Shown: positions 38,278 through 53,269, numbered from the stretch's first letter. The stretch is 64,000 bases of DNA from Octopus sinensis (GCF_006345805.1 NC_042997.1:188418001-188482000), one strand, 5' to 3'. Numbers and translations: made by a program. The notes: generated from the letters alone by a model not told the origin.

Positions 38278-41200
38278 TCCAGTTTGTCAAATCCAAAATC
38301 TCCAAATTTGGAGTCCTTTAAGATAAAAGTTTACTGAATACATAGAGACCAGAAAGTAACATACAAAATTTCAAAAAAATCAACTATTGTCACTGGATAA
38401 ATATTTTAAATTCACATACATTGGATGACTTGCCTTTAGAATTTATTCACCTACAACAATTGTATTGCTCACAGCATTACATTCTAGAAAAAATAATTGT
38501 ATCAAGGACTTGCAGATTCTATAAATAATTGCTTAAGATTGACAAAAGCAAAAAAAAAAAAAAAAAAGTTTCTTGTTTTTATCAGGTGTCTCAGCTGTTT
38601 CTGATTTAGGAGGAGAGCTTTTATGCTTGCTCATCAATAAAGAAGCTAACTGTACATAATTTATCTTAATTGCATCTTGTATTAACCTAGCATATCCTTA
38701 TCAATTCCTCGTCTGCTCCATTAAGTTTATCACATGAGTTTTCATTTTTGTTTATAACACCAAATCAGGATAGTTTGTGGATTAAATTTAAATGAACTCA
38801 GACTGTATCTTATTCATATTGACAACTGTAATATCTCAATAATTACTTCAAGACCACTACACTGTAGTATTGTTTACCAAGAAGCTTTAGTTTATTTAGT
38901 AACTATGGAGCCCTGGATTCGATGTTACTGCACAGCACTTGTTTGCAACTATCTTCAACAATAACTTCAGGTTAATCAATATTTTTGAAAAGGGAATTTG
39001 ATACACAGAAATGATGCAGAAGTTTGTTGTTGTATTTTGTTGCTGATATACAACATTGAGAGATGTAAATTTTAGCAAGGAAACTAAAAAACAGGTGCTC
39101 TTTGCACCAAATCTCTTACAGTATTTGTTCCGGATCGTGCAAGAGACATTTTTTTTTTGCCATCAGAAATGCAGTGAAGCAGGAATGAACCATAAGAAAG
39201 CCATAAGTCTATATTCTAACTAATCAGTTTGCAAATGTAGAAGTAAGGATTCCAGCTGAACATACAGCTCTCCTTATTTCAACATTCATGCATTTTAAAA
39301 TGTTTGTTCCATTGTAACAATCATGGACTATTTTCTACTTAGCATTTGTTTTCATTTTGAGAAGTTTTATATGTATGAATGTGTGTGTGATCACAATATA
39401 CACACAATCTGTGTGTGTGTAATCAGTGATTAGATAACAGAGTGATAGTGCTGCTAATTAGCTTCTTTGTTTAAAAAAAAAAAATTCAGAGGACATTTAA
39501 TTCTAATTTCCATGCCACAATCACTGGCTCAAGTTACAGGATATATCATATATATTTTTATCATGTTGTGAATGTTGTTGTGTCCAACCTAAATAAATTT
39601 TCTCTGATCATTTTTGTAAATACACCATTTTTATTTTATACTAAAAACAGCTATGATAAAAAAATAAACATGTATACATGATATAATTAAGCTTTTAATG
39701 TCAGATGGTTTTACTGGTTTAAAAATATACCATGATCTTTATTTAGATAATAGAGAAAGGTGTAAAAAACAAATTTCAAGTAGTTTGTACATGCTGTAAC
39801 AATGTAACAACCTCTAAACATAGTATCTGAGTAAAATCCCATTAGCTTTTACCAATTATTAAATCAACTAAATATGAAAGATGGTGAGTCAATGACGAAC
39901 GTATGTAATACATTTTAGCTCTATCAGCCTTGATCAGAGTCAGACATGTAGTATCCGTACTTGACTTTCACATCAAGAACATAAAAATGCATAAACAAGA
40001 TTGAACACAGATGACTTTCTAATTACATATCTATAGTACTGGAGCTATGACCTCTCAATGCAGGGTTAAAAAAAAAACTGAAAATGCTCAAAACATGGGG
40101 TTTGTCAGTTCCCTCTGTATCAGGTATTTGGCTGAGCATCAAATCTGAAATTCCCAGTAGAATGGAATTATAGCTTGAACAGATTAAACTTACCAGGTTA
40201 AGCCACACAACAAACCCTTAGAGTTCATAAGATTTACAAATTTCAAATAATACCTAAGTCATTCATAAACATTCCTTATCTATATCAGATGACTTCACAT
40301 ACGTTTGATCAATTAATTACACCTTGATTACGCTGACATTTTCTGAGACAATAAATATTTCCTAGGTGGTGTAGATTGCAAGGTTAACTAATTTGGTAGA
40401 GAAACATAATTCAAACATGCCAGAGACAAGTCACTTATGAGTTTCTCAACTTGCTAATATTACAACTACATATTTACAATTTAAAGTTCCAAGACTACAA
40501 AATTTAAACTATTAAAGCTTTAAACAACACACTCAACACAATTTTCTGATTAACACCCCAATTCCATAGTTTATTCAAAAGAGAAGTCAATGTTTATGAC
40601 ACTTCACAGAGCTCCTGAGAGTGGTAGGAGGAAAGGGGGAAGATATCCTCAAACTAGAGACCAAGCCTAAATGTTTACAACAGAATGGACTCAACTAAAG
40701 ACACACCCAAGTGCCAAGAAATAGTGTTAAACCAGTTGACAGATAAGTTGATCACACATATAGGCTATGGCATGATTTGGAACAAATGCCATAAAGCATC
40801 CAGTCCAATGTCCCTACAGTGTCACCAGTCCACCATCTAAGATCAGTACATTTTTTCTAAAATAAAGCAAAAGTTAAGCTTGTTGAAACTTGAACTCAAG
40901 AGCTCAGGGAATCAGAACTACCATGAGGCATTTTATTTGATATTCTGACATATGTCAATTCAAAGCTGAAGTGTAGAGGACTATGATAGACAAAACGGTT
41001 ATTGTTGGTTATTCTGTTTTGAGTTTGAGACATGTTAATTTAACAATAGGCTCATATAGTAACTATAACAGTGATAAATGTCAAAAACTAAAGTATATCT
41101 CAAATACTGAGTTTGTGACATTCTATCAAAAACTTAAGAAAGAAACTGGTATAACTTTAGATAGATTTCAGCTGTTAGTAGCCTAGACCACAGCCTAACT

Positions 41201-43294
41201 CAACAGCATGCAGAACAACTTGGTACATCTGAATTTTCTATAGGCTCCTTGTGTTTTGCAGAAGATTACTGAAGTGTAGTTAAATTGAATTATGACTCGA
41301 AATATTCAATAAAGAATTTATTAATTCTTAAGCATCATTATCAGTTTTGGAAGGAGCTGTGATTCGTGTAGTCTGAACAAAATACCAGGTATGGAAAAAT
41401 CTTATATCTATTCTTCAAGGCTCAACAATATAATATATACCTTTATAATATTTCCATTAATTGAACCAGGTTTTTCTTTTCATTTTAGTAAATGAATAGA
41501 CTTTGTAATCTGTAGGTCTCTACAGTACTACTTTCTTTTGCTATATCTAGTAAGTTATGTCTTAAGTTTCATGAATGGTAAATTGTACTGAAAATGCCAA
41601 CTTGTTTCATAATTTCTTTATCAAAAATAAATTTTACAATTACAAGAGAAATTCAGAGTTTTTCAATTCAAAAGCATTCAAGTTAGATGTAAGATTCAAG
41701 ATGCTAGTGTTTTTTGTTTGTTTGTTCTTTTTCCTGCAGTCTCATTCCTTTAATCCCACTCATCTATTTGCTCACGAAAAAATAAGGGAAAGGAAACAAC
41801 TTATCAACGAAAAAGTTACAGTGAAGTATTTTTTTCTTCAAACCATGTACAGGATATGTATGGAAATGTCAAGTTAGCCATCTGTAAATGGAAGCAGCTA
41901 AAGTCTCAGTTTTCAGTGGTTTCTGCCAGGAGATGCAAGGGAGAACTACTAATACTCATTCTCTTAGCTTTAAATTGTAAGATGAAGCCAGGTGACAAAT
42001 CTGAAAATTTGTTTAGGAATGACCCAATTGACCAATGAAGTCACAGTTTTGCAATTATTATTTCCCACTTAAAAATGTCAAGCATTCTATCTGAGCTTAA
42101 AAGTTTCAACACCTAATTTTAACAGACCCAAACTTTTTTTTGCTGTACGTGTCATTCTTGCAGTTGTAGATAACCTTTTAAATATCTCCCTTATTTCAGT
42201 GTTAAAACTATTATTGAATGCATACAACAAAAAAATCTTCAAATATTATTTTAAACAAAGTAGGCATAGTTTGAAGATTTTCTTTGCTGTTGTGAACTAA
42301 AGGTAAGCAGATATTAGTAATCCACACACTTAAAGCAAAATGTGAAAAGCTTGAATGACTTACATGCTTGAACATTATAGTGTAATAATAACTACAGTTC
42401 CAGTTTGCCTCTGTCAACCTTAACAGATGACAAATAAAACTCTCACTTCAAAGTTGTTAATATGAGGAACACCACTTAGTCGTATGATAAGATATGAAGT
42501 CCAATTTTAAGTTAAATTGACAAAATCATGTACAACATGAGTAAATTATTATATACAATTTAGTTTACTGTTTCTATAATTGGGGCAGTTACTCATAGCC
42601 ATCATTATGAACAATTATCTGATTTAGACGAGCATGAAACATGTAAGCCTAAATAATGACATCAGCTTCCATACTTATGCCTAAACTGTTACTGAGATAC
42701 TAACCCTACATCAAATCAATGAATCAAAGCTACTATGGCCAAACAAATTTACAGTGTTTGACAAACACAACAAAAACTTTATAAAAACAAAAACAGACTA
42801 GATGTAAATTAGTCAAACTGTTTGTTGCTCTCCATCACAAACAACCAAATACAGTAACTTGGTTGTACAATACTTTTATTTTCTCGACACCAAACGAAAT
42901 CATAACATTTTGTGTTAGATCTGTAGACGAGTTTCAAGTCATTAGTTGAAGTTAGTTAATTTAATTGCAACTCCCTTAGTGGTTTTTAGGATTTTTACAT
43001 ATGATTTTCATCTCACAATAATTATTATTTAGCAATATATTGTTACTATTCCTTTCATTAACTCTAAATAAAATATCTGTTAGTTATTATTGTAACAATA
43101 ACAACAATTTCATGATTATAAATGCTGTCATTGTTTAAAATTATAAAGGAGTAGCTCTTTTTTATATGGCTATAGGACAAGACAAATTTCAGAACTGTAA
43201 TAAAATATGATGGGGATGGGGGTGGAATATAGTCATGAAAGAGACAATAATATGATAGAGGCAGAAAAGAGAGGATAAAGACAGGACATCCATC

Positions 43295-44395
43295 TTTTGT
43301 GACCAACTCTTCTATTGATATGTGCAGTGACTATGTCTTTTTGGTGTTGCAGGAGACAAGCTTAGCTTGGTCCCATTGGAGAATATTTTGCAGTTTCTGT
43401 TCATAAAGTTATGAGCAGATTTAGCACAAGGTACCTGGGCTACGTTGCATATGGCTGGTACTTCGGTGCTAAAAGTTAAGGAGATACGAAGGGAAATATC
43501 ATCATAGGAATGGATATTGTCAGAGGTGGTAACAAGCAGGTTGTTGATGTATAGGAGAAAAAGAGTGAGGACAATGCTAAAGCTTGGGGTACATCAAAAG
43601 TAAGAGTTAGTAAATGTCCCATCAGCACACATTCCACGTGTGCAATCTAACAGGAAGCCACTGAACTGAAAGACAAGGGAAGGACGAATGTCAGGCATCA
43701 TATATATATATATATATATATATAATAGAGAGAGAGAGAGAGAGGTGAATACAGATGCTAGCTTTGGAATGCATTGTTTGAGGAAAATGAAAGGTACATT
43801 GTGTGATGGATGGTAACTTTGTTGGTGTGATGTGACAGGAGCTACTTTTGTACTTGGTGTGTATATGAGCAAGGTGTATGTTGTATCTGGGACTTAGAAA
43901 GGGATAGTTTTTAAAAGAATTTACTTGTATAGTGTGGAGTCAGAGTGAAAGCAAGCAGCAAATGCAGATGTTTTCCCAGTGGAGTTCTATCCACAAACCA
44001 CCATAGCAGTGAAGTGAAGGAAAGGAGAATTTTACATAGTTGGTAGCTATTCTTTTGGCAAAGGACCAAAAGGATCAGTTGCAGTTTAGAAGGTGTGAAA
44101 GTTTGTGTGTGGCTGTGTGGTGCACAGAGACATCACATTTCAGCTGAATGGCAGGAGCTGTGGTATTAGTAAAAGTGGTCCAGTTTGTATGGGCAGGCAA
44201 TTTTCTCCAAGCATTAAGACCATACTTGTTATCTGAACTACTGCAGTGCAGCTGAATCCCTTTCACTTTGTACTGTCACTTTTGGTTATCTGGGATGTTG
44301 AAGGGCATGCTTAAGATAGTTTCAATCATCCATCAACTGTTCCTGATAGGCCAGAAGTGAAGCACACAGCTACCAGGATTAAGTTGTATGATTAT
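43295..44395 (-). mobile_element. Decayed CR1/Jockey-superfamily LINE RT fragment, interrupted by a (TA)n(GA)n microsatellite near 43700-43745
   Basis: Minus-strand translation LTLFLLYINNLL...DNIHSYDD resembles the PTLFLLYINDL...YADD RT motifs; many stops. Confidence 0.7.
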
Positions 44396-47006
44396 GAATA
44401 TAAAATCCACTTTCTATTAATTCTGATTTCTACACACCTGCACACATATACACACAAGATTATAACAAAAGTTTAGTATAATATTTAAATTAATTGTCTT
44501 ACATTGGAAATGGTTGCACCTTTTTCCAAGGTCAAGTGCCACCTAGCTCTAATACCTAATTGTTTCACAATGACTCCTGTCTTGAGAATCAATTCATGAA
44601 TTATATTTCATTGACTCACATTCAAAAATTAGTTACTGGAAAATTTAAACTTACATTGGCAGAATTTGAACTCATAAATCTAGTAGGAACCTTAAAGCAG
44701 TATAATTCACTATAACTATTGAGAATCTTAATAACCAGAGCAAGAATTAGTTAAAATGTTAAAATACACAATAATAGCAGTAAATAGAATGTTATATTAT
44801 TCTTTTACACACAAACCTATTTCTGACAGTTCCCTTCTTTACAACTCAACATTTTAAATACTAATTGTAAATTTGTGAAAACTGTTGCTATTGTTTAGCC
44901 TTAGATTAGTCCTAGCTGATAAGATGAAAATAAGATCAAAAGTGTTCAAGCCATGACCAGCCTACTTTTTGTATTTCTAGCCCTATACTATCCAATGTGT
45001 TAGCTATTTCTAGAAAGTCAACATAGATGATTTCAGATGACTTGTGAGGATTTTAATGGAATAATTTAAAGTGTTGACATTAAACAGAAAACTGCAAATA
45101 AACACACAGCTAATCCAATCAGAATATGTGATAAGACCTACTAATTAAGCAAAATACAATAAAAACAAATTATCACAGGCTGAAACTGATTTTGCTTATT
45201 AAAAGTAGTTACTTCATTTTGTGTTTATATGAATTTGCTGGTGGGTCACAGGTGTTATACTACAACTTTGAGCAAAGGACATTTTATTTCTACTCATTGC
45301 TATCAACACAGCTAGAAATAGGTGGTACTCCAACTTGAGTGGTTAGTAGTAGAAAAATGCCAGTCATCTCCAAAAATACTTGCTCTAACAAAATGTAAAC
45401 ATCCAAATTTACAAGTGCATCTGCTCTTGATCAGCTTATAACATTGAGTTTACATGAATATTAAATATTCAAATACACTGTGAAAATAAGTTAATTTTAT
45501 AACTAAGAAAAATGAACAGCAATTAATCTATACTAGCTACAAAAGTAACTCACTTGGAACTTACAATATTTATTTCTCATGTAAGCTTTCATCACACTTG
45601 TTATATCACTATCCATTACTCATATTTACAACTTTATACAATTTATTACTTAAACATTTTTGCATCTGTTTTCAAAGGCTAGATTAATTTACTCAGAGAA
45701 TCCAAATAATGAATTATCTGCAAGATCTGTCAGAGCAAATGCTTTAAAGTTAGATGTCTTACTTCAAACCAACAATCCAAGTGTGAAGTGGCTGTGACAC
45801 CAATTTCCAGCTATGTTGACTGAGTGAAGAAGGTAAGACTTTCAAGAGACACCACTATAGCAACCATAAATTCAGTTTTTGGATAAGTATCCCACATAAA
45901 TTATATTCCCCTCACAATCAAAAGAGACAAATGCAATTTGCTATAACTAGAAGATAACATTGTGGGGTGAAGTGCAGGTACATAGAAATTTAATCTTTTA
46001 CAAGTCAAATTAAAACATTTTAACTTGCTTACTCATTAAGGATGACTCCCCATCATCCTTCCAGGTGGATAAAATGAGATCATCATTATTCTAAAGAAAT
46101 ACAAAGTAATGGCCAGAGCAAATATTAATTCAGGTAAGTTAGTGGGCCTGCAACTTGGCATCTAGAGAGGCAAGTTTATGCTGTTTGACAGCATCATGAA
46201 CTGATGGACAGGTTAAATCATTTAAGTACTGGTTCAGAGAACATGGCTACATGTAAGGTGGCTGGTGTCATCCAGAAATAGCTCAAAATGCCTGTATCAC
46301 ATTCATCAAGGCCTCAATGGTCTTCTTTGGTCTAGTTTGGTCTAGTTTTCATTTGACAGTATTGGAGTAACTCTTCTGCATTTTGTGTAAGGGATGCATT
46401 CCACTGACCAGATTGACCACCTATAACCAATATCCTCTGCAAGGAGGAGGAAGAGGCTTCCATGCTGCAACTATTGCTGCACAGAGATATGCAGAAGTTG
46501 CAGTATTTATAGAGATTCTTAAGAGATAAACAGGTGTTGTAGTTTCCAATCATCAGGTATACCATTTTCAGTTTGTCTTTTCTGACAGAGCTACAACCCT
46601 AGGCTAAGCAAAAACCAAGATTGGGTACCAATCAAGCAAAGCAGTTGATAACAGCTTCACACCAGTGATCTATAGAAAATTAGTTGTGGGAGAAGAGTGA
46701 CAACATTCTAGGGGAAAATCTGGGCAGTGACAACATTGACGAGAATGAACTGACTGGTCTATTCCAAAGAACTTTCCAAGTTGGAGACATGTTAAACTTC
46801 CAGAAATCCTCTGCCTGACAGTGCTACTGAAAGGTATTGCCAGTTTGAGATAAATACCATCCCTCTGTCAAATAAAAATTGATACTGTTGTGCTTAACAT
46901 TAGCTTCTTAACTTTTAACTTCCCCAGATGATAAAAAAAAAGACAGGTATGATATATATTACTAATGAAGTAATGAAAATAAAAACTAGTCTATAAATTA
47001 AGCATT

Positions 47007-48040
47007 TTGGACGATTTGACGGAGGTCTGGAGAGCCAGTAGTTGTGCCAGGGTCCAATCTCATCTGGCAATGTTTCTACAGCTGGATGCCCTTCCTAATG
47101 CCAACCACTCCAAGAGTGTAGTGGGTGCTTTTTACATGCTACAGGCACAGGAGCCAGTCAGGAAGGCCTGGTATTGATCACATTCAGATAGTGTGTTTTA
47201 CATAGCACCGGCATGGGGGCCAGTCAAGGGGTACTGGCATCAGCCACGTTTGGATGGTGCTTTTTATGTGCCACCGGCACGGGAGCCAGTCAGGGGGCAC
47301 TGACCACAGCTACAATATTGGTTTTACTTGACTCAACAGGTCTTCTCAAGGATATCATATTGCCCAACGCATCAGGGGTACTCTTAACTGGGCCAGACAT
47401 GTGTGGCTGTGATCTCACTTTAGTTGCCAGGTCTTCTCAATCACAGCACATCTCCAAGGGTCTTGGTCTCCTGTCATTGCCTCTGTGAGGCCCAATGTTC
47501 TAACGTCATACTTCACCACCTCATCCCATGTCTTCCAGGGTCACCTCTTCCACAAGGTTCCTTTCACAGTTAGGAAATGGCACTTCCTCACACAGCTGTC
47601 CTCATCCATACGTAACACATGACCATACCAGTGCAGTCGTCTCTCTTGCACACCATATTTGCTGCTTCTTATGCCCAACTTTTCTCTCAGGGCGCTTACT
47701 CTCTGTTGTGTATGCATACTGACATTTAGCTTCATTTCTTTCAAGCCTACGCATATCCTCAGCAGTCATGGCCCACGTTTCACTGCTGTGTAGCATGGCA
47801 GTTCACACACGTGCACCATACAGTCTACCTTTCATCCTGAGTGAGAGGCTCTTAGTTGCCAGCAGTAGTAGAAGCTCTCTGAATTTTACCCAGGCTATTC
47901 TTATTCTGGCCGCTACACTCCCAGAGCAACCACCCCCACTACAGACCTGTTTGCCTAGGTAGCAGAAGCTATCAACTACTTCTAGTTTCTCTCCCTGGCA
48001 TATGATGGAATCTGTTTTCTGTACATCTTCAGAGTTTATC
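47007..48040 (-). mobile_element. Second RTE-clade LINE fragment plus 3' UTR, same family as 26903-28010
   Basis: MLHSSETWAMTAEDMRRLERNE and RRLHWYGHVLRMDEDS are typical RTE ORF2 C-terminal motifs; shares the 3' UTR (gatgcccttcctaa). Confidence 0.85.
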
Positions 48041-48180
48041 GCCCCAGGTACAAGGAATAAATATATAAAAATAAAAAAAACGAAATGGTTTAATCAAGAA
48101 TCACCAAGAATCCAACTTGTGCTACAAACTTAATCCACCAGGAATGTATCTCACGTGATAACTAGTGGGTGTATGTGTGT

Positions 48181-48212
<32 letters not shown>

Positions 48213-48704
48213 AATCCAGATTACAGTTTAAAGTTTAATTTATGTATAATTCCCATGTATATGGCACATGCCAATGAAGAAAAATTAGACACAGGTGGAG
48301 TTACTATTACAACCACAACACACGTTTACTAAAATAATCATTTCGCACGCTTGCCAATCATATGTTCTTCACAAAAGGATATGTTAGGAACTGGCTCTAA
48401 AAGCTTATTAGCAGATAAGCAATTAGCTTCAAGTAAAGAAATTTCATTTTCCCATTAATAATTAATTTTCTACTAAGTGTGTATTTGGAGAAATCCACAT
48501 TTAATTAAGCCAACAACTATAGACAATGTTAATAATTTTCTATTTCTTTAACTTGTAAAAGAAACAAGGCTAGTTGTAATGTTTCATACATAAACTTCAT
48601 ATAATATATTGTTTTAAAAATAATGCAACAAAATTTGATAAATATTATGCCAGCTTCCCCCATTTCCCATTTGTTTATAATATAAATAATAACAATTTCT
48701 ATCT

Positions 48705-48892
48705 GTGCAGGTGGCACGTAAAAAACACCCACTACACTCGCGGAGTGGTTGGCGTTAGGAAGGGCATCCAGCCGTAGAAACACTGCCAGATCTGACTGGG
48801 CCTGACGAAGCCTTCCAGCTTCACAGACCCCAGTTGACCCGTCCAACCCATGCTAGCATGGAAAGTGGACGCTAGACGATGATGATGATGAT
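48705..48892 (+). mobile_element. RTE 3' UTR-derived insertion with (GAT)n tail
   Basis: ttaggaagggcatccagc...ccaacccatgctagcatggaaa...gatgatgatgat. Confidence 0.8.
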
Positions 48893-49069
48893 TTAGGCAC
48901 AAGGCTGGTAATTTTGATAGGAGGAGATTAGTCAATTAAATCAACACCCATGCTTGACTGCTGCTTTATTTTGTCATCCTTGGAGGAATGAAAGGCGAAG
49001 TTGACCTCAGTAGGGTCAACTAGAAACCAAAACACATATTGCAAGGCTTTATTGAAGTGGAAAGTATTT

Positions 49070-49817
49070 GTCTTCAGCTCTTCATGGGGGCAATCCTCAC
49101 AATGGAGTCAACCAATAGCCAGACTTTTCCTATATGTGATAGCAGGTGTTTGACATAACTCTATATAAGTCATCAATGTGCTCAAGCACTGTACGAGTGC
49201 ATGCCAGAGGATTTCATCACTGTGTGCATTTCAGGCAAGTATAGCTGATACCAAATTACCATGCTTGCAGAGTTTATCCTACAAGCATGTAGAATCCAGA
49301 GTTTCCCTGAAAACGCAGACACTCTTTACACACCAGAATATCCATCAAACGTATTGCCCAACTAGTAGAGGGCTGTGAGCACCTGTCAGTAGTACCCTAG
49401 GTGCCCTACCTCAGCCTATGTTTGATCTAGGATTGCAACTCTAACAAGGAAACAAGCTGTAGAAAAGCATGTCAAACAAACAGTGACAACACCTGCTCAT
49501 CATCCAGAAAACACTGGTGATGTTACAGCCTCACTGAATCATGAACCATGGCATGGCCAGTCTTTCAGAGAATGGACTACCTGACCAGTGGAACACAACC
49601 CGCTCCACAGAAAGTGGAGGATCAAGTTCTCCATTCTGATCAGCCATGAAGCAAGGCACAATAGTTAGTTAGGCAGTAATAGATGATGGATGTGATATAG
49701 GCATTCACTACCTCTGCCCTACACTTCAGGCGTAGTTTCCTCTTGGCCTATTTCTGGATGAGACTGACTCTTCCCAGTTCTTGTCCACCTGGATGTCTAG
49801 ACCAAACCAAATTCCAA
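49070..49817 (-). mobile_element. L1/Tx1-like LINE ORF2 fragment (post-RT region)
   Basis: Minus strand LGIWFGLDIQVDKNWEE...LKCRAEVVNAYITSIIYYCLT resembles the KxLG..W..R.LSL.GR..V.N..I.S...Y region of L1/Tx1 ORF2. Start approximate. Confidence 0.65.
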
Positions 49818-49849
49818 GTAATTTAATCAGTAAGAATAATGATAATAAT

Positions 49850-50285
49850 AATGGTTTCAAATTTTAGTACAACACCAGCAATTTTAGGGAAGCAGGTGAA
49901 TCAATTACATTGAGCTCACAGCTCAACTGGTATTTATTTTAACAATACTGAATGGATGAAAAGCAGAGTAGATCTTGGCAGTATATAAGCTCAGGACATA
50001 AAGCCTGAAGAAATGCCAGTAAGCATACTAACAACTCTCTCAGCTCACTCCTTCATAATAATATTTAATAATTTGTCTCTTTCTACTTACTATAGGCACA
50101 AGGCCTGAAATTTTGGGACCTATTTGATCATATCAATCTCAGTGCTCAACTGGTGCTTATTTTGATTGACTTAAAAAAAAATGAAAGGCATAGCTGGCCT
50201 CAGTGGAATTTGAACTCAGAACATAAACCCAAAAGAAATGCCACTAAGCATTTTGTCTGGTGTGCTAACAATTTTGCCAGCCCAA
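49850..50285 (-). mobile_element. Two tandem third-family SINE copies in reverse orientation
   Basis: Reverse complements of the ...gagttcaaattcc...aagtaccagttgag... motifs at about 49850-50050 and 50088-50285. Confidence 0.7.
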
Positions 50286-51556
50286 TAATAACTACGACAA
50301 CAATTTATCCTCATCATTTCCTTCCAAATACTACCATGATGTACTGAGAGCCAACTCACTGCATCACACTGAAATTTATTTTGTTGTCTTTCATTTCTTC
50401 CCTCTCTCCAAATAACTGACCTATTAAAAAAAAAAAAAACTTTCTGGAATTTAGTCAATTAATTTGAAACTAAAAGCTCCCTTTAAATCCATGAATGAAA
50501 ATTCTTATAGGCTATGAATATCAGTTACTCTTAAACAACAGATTTAGGTTTTGCTGACGTCTCTATTTTATAAATCCAAACACTGCTCCATTGCTTTTAT
50601 TAACAATTTCAAGAATAGCATTAGCGCTTACCTAGCTTATGAGATTTAATTTTAGTTACCTGATGCTACACAAAGAACCATAAAGCTTACACTGATAAAC
50701 ACAATTTAGAACTGTTCAGATCCATACAATAACAGAGATAACAATAATGTTAGAATTAAGATACTGTTCAAGCCACAATCTGATGATACAATAATTGTTT
50801 TGTTGCATTTTTATTCATTTTTGTAAATCATTTTATCTACAAAAGACCAAGAAAACAAACAGCTATTTATCTGTGTAACACATTCAGCTAGGAAGTGGGA
50901 CCAATGTAACTCTATTTGATACTATTTCAGTAAATTATTTTGCCATTCTGTTCTGCAACAGAGCTGCAGACACTAATACCAGAGTAAATTCAATTAAATG
51001 TAAGCAGACTTCTTACAGAAAAAAATATTTTGAGTCACCAGGCTTGCATAAAATAGCTAAAAGAATAATATGATGCAAAGTAAGATAAATAAAAAAAATA
51101 GGAATTATCAATAGATGCTAGTAATTGAGATTCAATATTACAAACACAAATCTACCCACCAAGAAGGCCATTGGAGATATTCACCAACCAAGTTTATTAT
51201 TGATCAATATGATACACCAGTACAGTTTAATCAAAGCAAGTAACAATTAGTACTTAATTTATTGAATTGTTATACAAATGCATTTACTAAATTAGAATCA
51301 CAAGATAATATAAATAGCTTTGAGAGAAATTGTTGCTGTATAAATAATATCATATAGCTGATGATATTTAAGTGAAAATTAAATTAGTATTATAGTGTTT
51401 GATAGGAAGAATTAGAGGCATAAGGAATAGTTTGTAAAATGAGATGCTATAATTGTATAGCAAAATAAAAAAGTTGTGTGACATGTAATAAGAATAGGTC
51501 TTAAAGATTAAGCAAAATGACATCTTCCTGAGAAGGAAAGGTCTCTAAAAACTAGG

Positions 51557-51790
51557 TTAACCCTTTTCATACCAACCCATCTGGGGTCACTCTATCTGGC
51601 TCTATCTTATGAACTTTCAGTTTTAAATTGATCTAAATTAAATTATTCCATTAAGATTTCTTGTTAGTTTGTGTTCCAAACACTAGCCTAATAATAACAA
51701 AATTATTTTACAAATTTTTTTGTTATTTTCAAATTTAATTAAAACAATATCAGTGTATTTCAACAGAAACATGGTAACAAAAGAGATAGA
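51557..51790. mobile_element. Possible piggyBac-like MITE remnant
   Basis: Left ttaacccttttcatacc; right ggtaacaaaagagata is a degenerate inverted match. Confidence 0.4.
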
Positions 51791-53269
51791 TAAGTTTTAG
51801 AACTTAACATAAGGAGGAAAAGTTAATGTTTTTAGAAATGTTGTGACCCATGTTGGTTTCACACAACTAAAGGGTTTGTAAACACAGATAATTTCAAAAT
51901 TAAAAGAAAGTAGTTCTATAAAAGGAAACTCCAATAAAATCAGCTAATTAAAATATCTAAATAATGCAAGCAATACAAATTGGAGTGGGGCTGGTCTTCA
52001 AAGTCAACTGGTGAAAGCAATGGACATGTTTTGATCTTATGAGCTCCTCAGTGAAGTATATTCTTTTTAATTAGCAAGGCTAACAGTGATCTATTTATCT
52101 TTCTATAGATATATATGCAAGATAGAGAAGAGTAGAGTCTCACTTAGATACACAATATGGAGAGTTTAAAATCAGATTAAAATTAAATGACTTTTTTTTT
52201 TAAATGAAGCACTAAATATACAATATGGGTAATGTGTATAACACAAGGGAAACAAATAAACCTCAAAGTCATATGTTTTGAATGTAAACAAACAAAAATA
52301 TATTTTCTGGGATGCATGCTTTAAAAACTTTGGTTTACATTTCAAGGAAAAGGAGTGATGGAAGTTAATTTGATAAAAAATGCTAATTACAAAAATATAA
52401 TCAATGGCATTTCTACAGTGATGTCTAACCTGCCTTTTATTCCAGCAACGCTGCACCAAGGACAATATTACTCAATGTAGGTTTTTTGTTTAGGCAGTGA
52501 GGCATGATCTAATGAAAGTTAGACTGCTACTTCTGATAGGATAGATAAATTGCTCAGAGGGTCATTCACCTCATAACACCGAATATAGCAACATAGCCAG
52601 CAGATGAAATAACTGTTTTATGGGTTAATAAATTAAATATATGTATCAGGTGTGAAAGTAAAAGGCACACACACACAAACCTGTGTGTCTAAATATATCT
52701 ATATGCTTATCTACCTATCTACACACACACATAAAGCATGCATAAAGAAAAAACATAAATGTGTGTGTGTGTGCGTGTATATATATATATATATATATAC
52801 ATACATATTAATTTTGTACACGTAAACATGATTTTTCTTTTCTTTTTTCGTTTTGTTCATTCAGAAAAAAATTTTTTAATGTTCATATCTTCTATTATTG
52901 CAAAACATACAAATACTCAGCATTCTGAGTCCAGGTGTAACATAGGGTTTAAATAACTAGTTTAAATTGAGTAAAACATGGTAATTTTTGTACTACAGTT
53001 AATCCTCCATGGATGAGCATATAATTGAACTTTGTAAATTTTCATAAGAAATCAAAAAGAAACTACAAGAAAAGAAAACTAAACACAACTGATGAGGATT
53101 TGACTTGAATGAAAGAAAAATATTTTTATATTATAAGAACTGACCAAGTACAAAGAACTTCAGGTAAAAGTGAGAGTTAGCAAATGAGTTAGCAGGAGTC
53201 CATCAGGGCTCAGTTCTTAGTCCTCTCATATTTATAATAGCTCTCCAACCATACTGTAAAAGTTTATAA

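Noticed and set aside
38025-38337. Poly-Ile/Val/Leu ORFs that look like membrane peptides
   Set aside because: They are translations of a trinucleotide microsatellite.
50620-50645. Second AG|GTAAGC juxtaposition on the minus strand
   Set aside because: No pyrimidine tract upstream, so unlikely to be a functional ratchet point.
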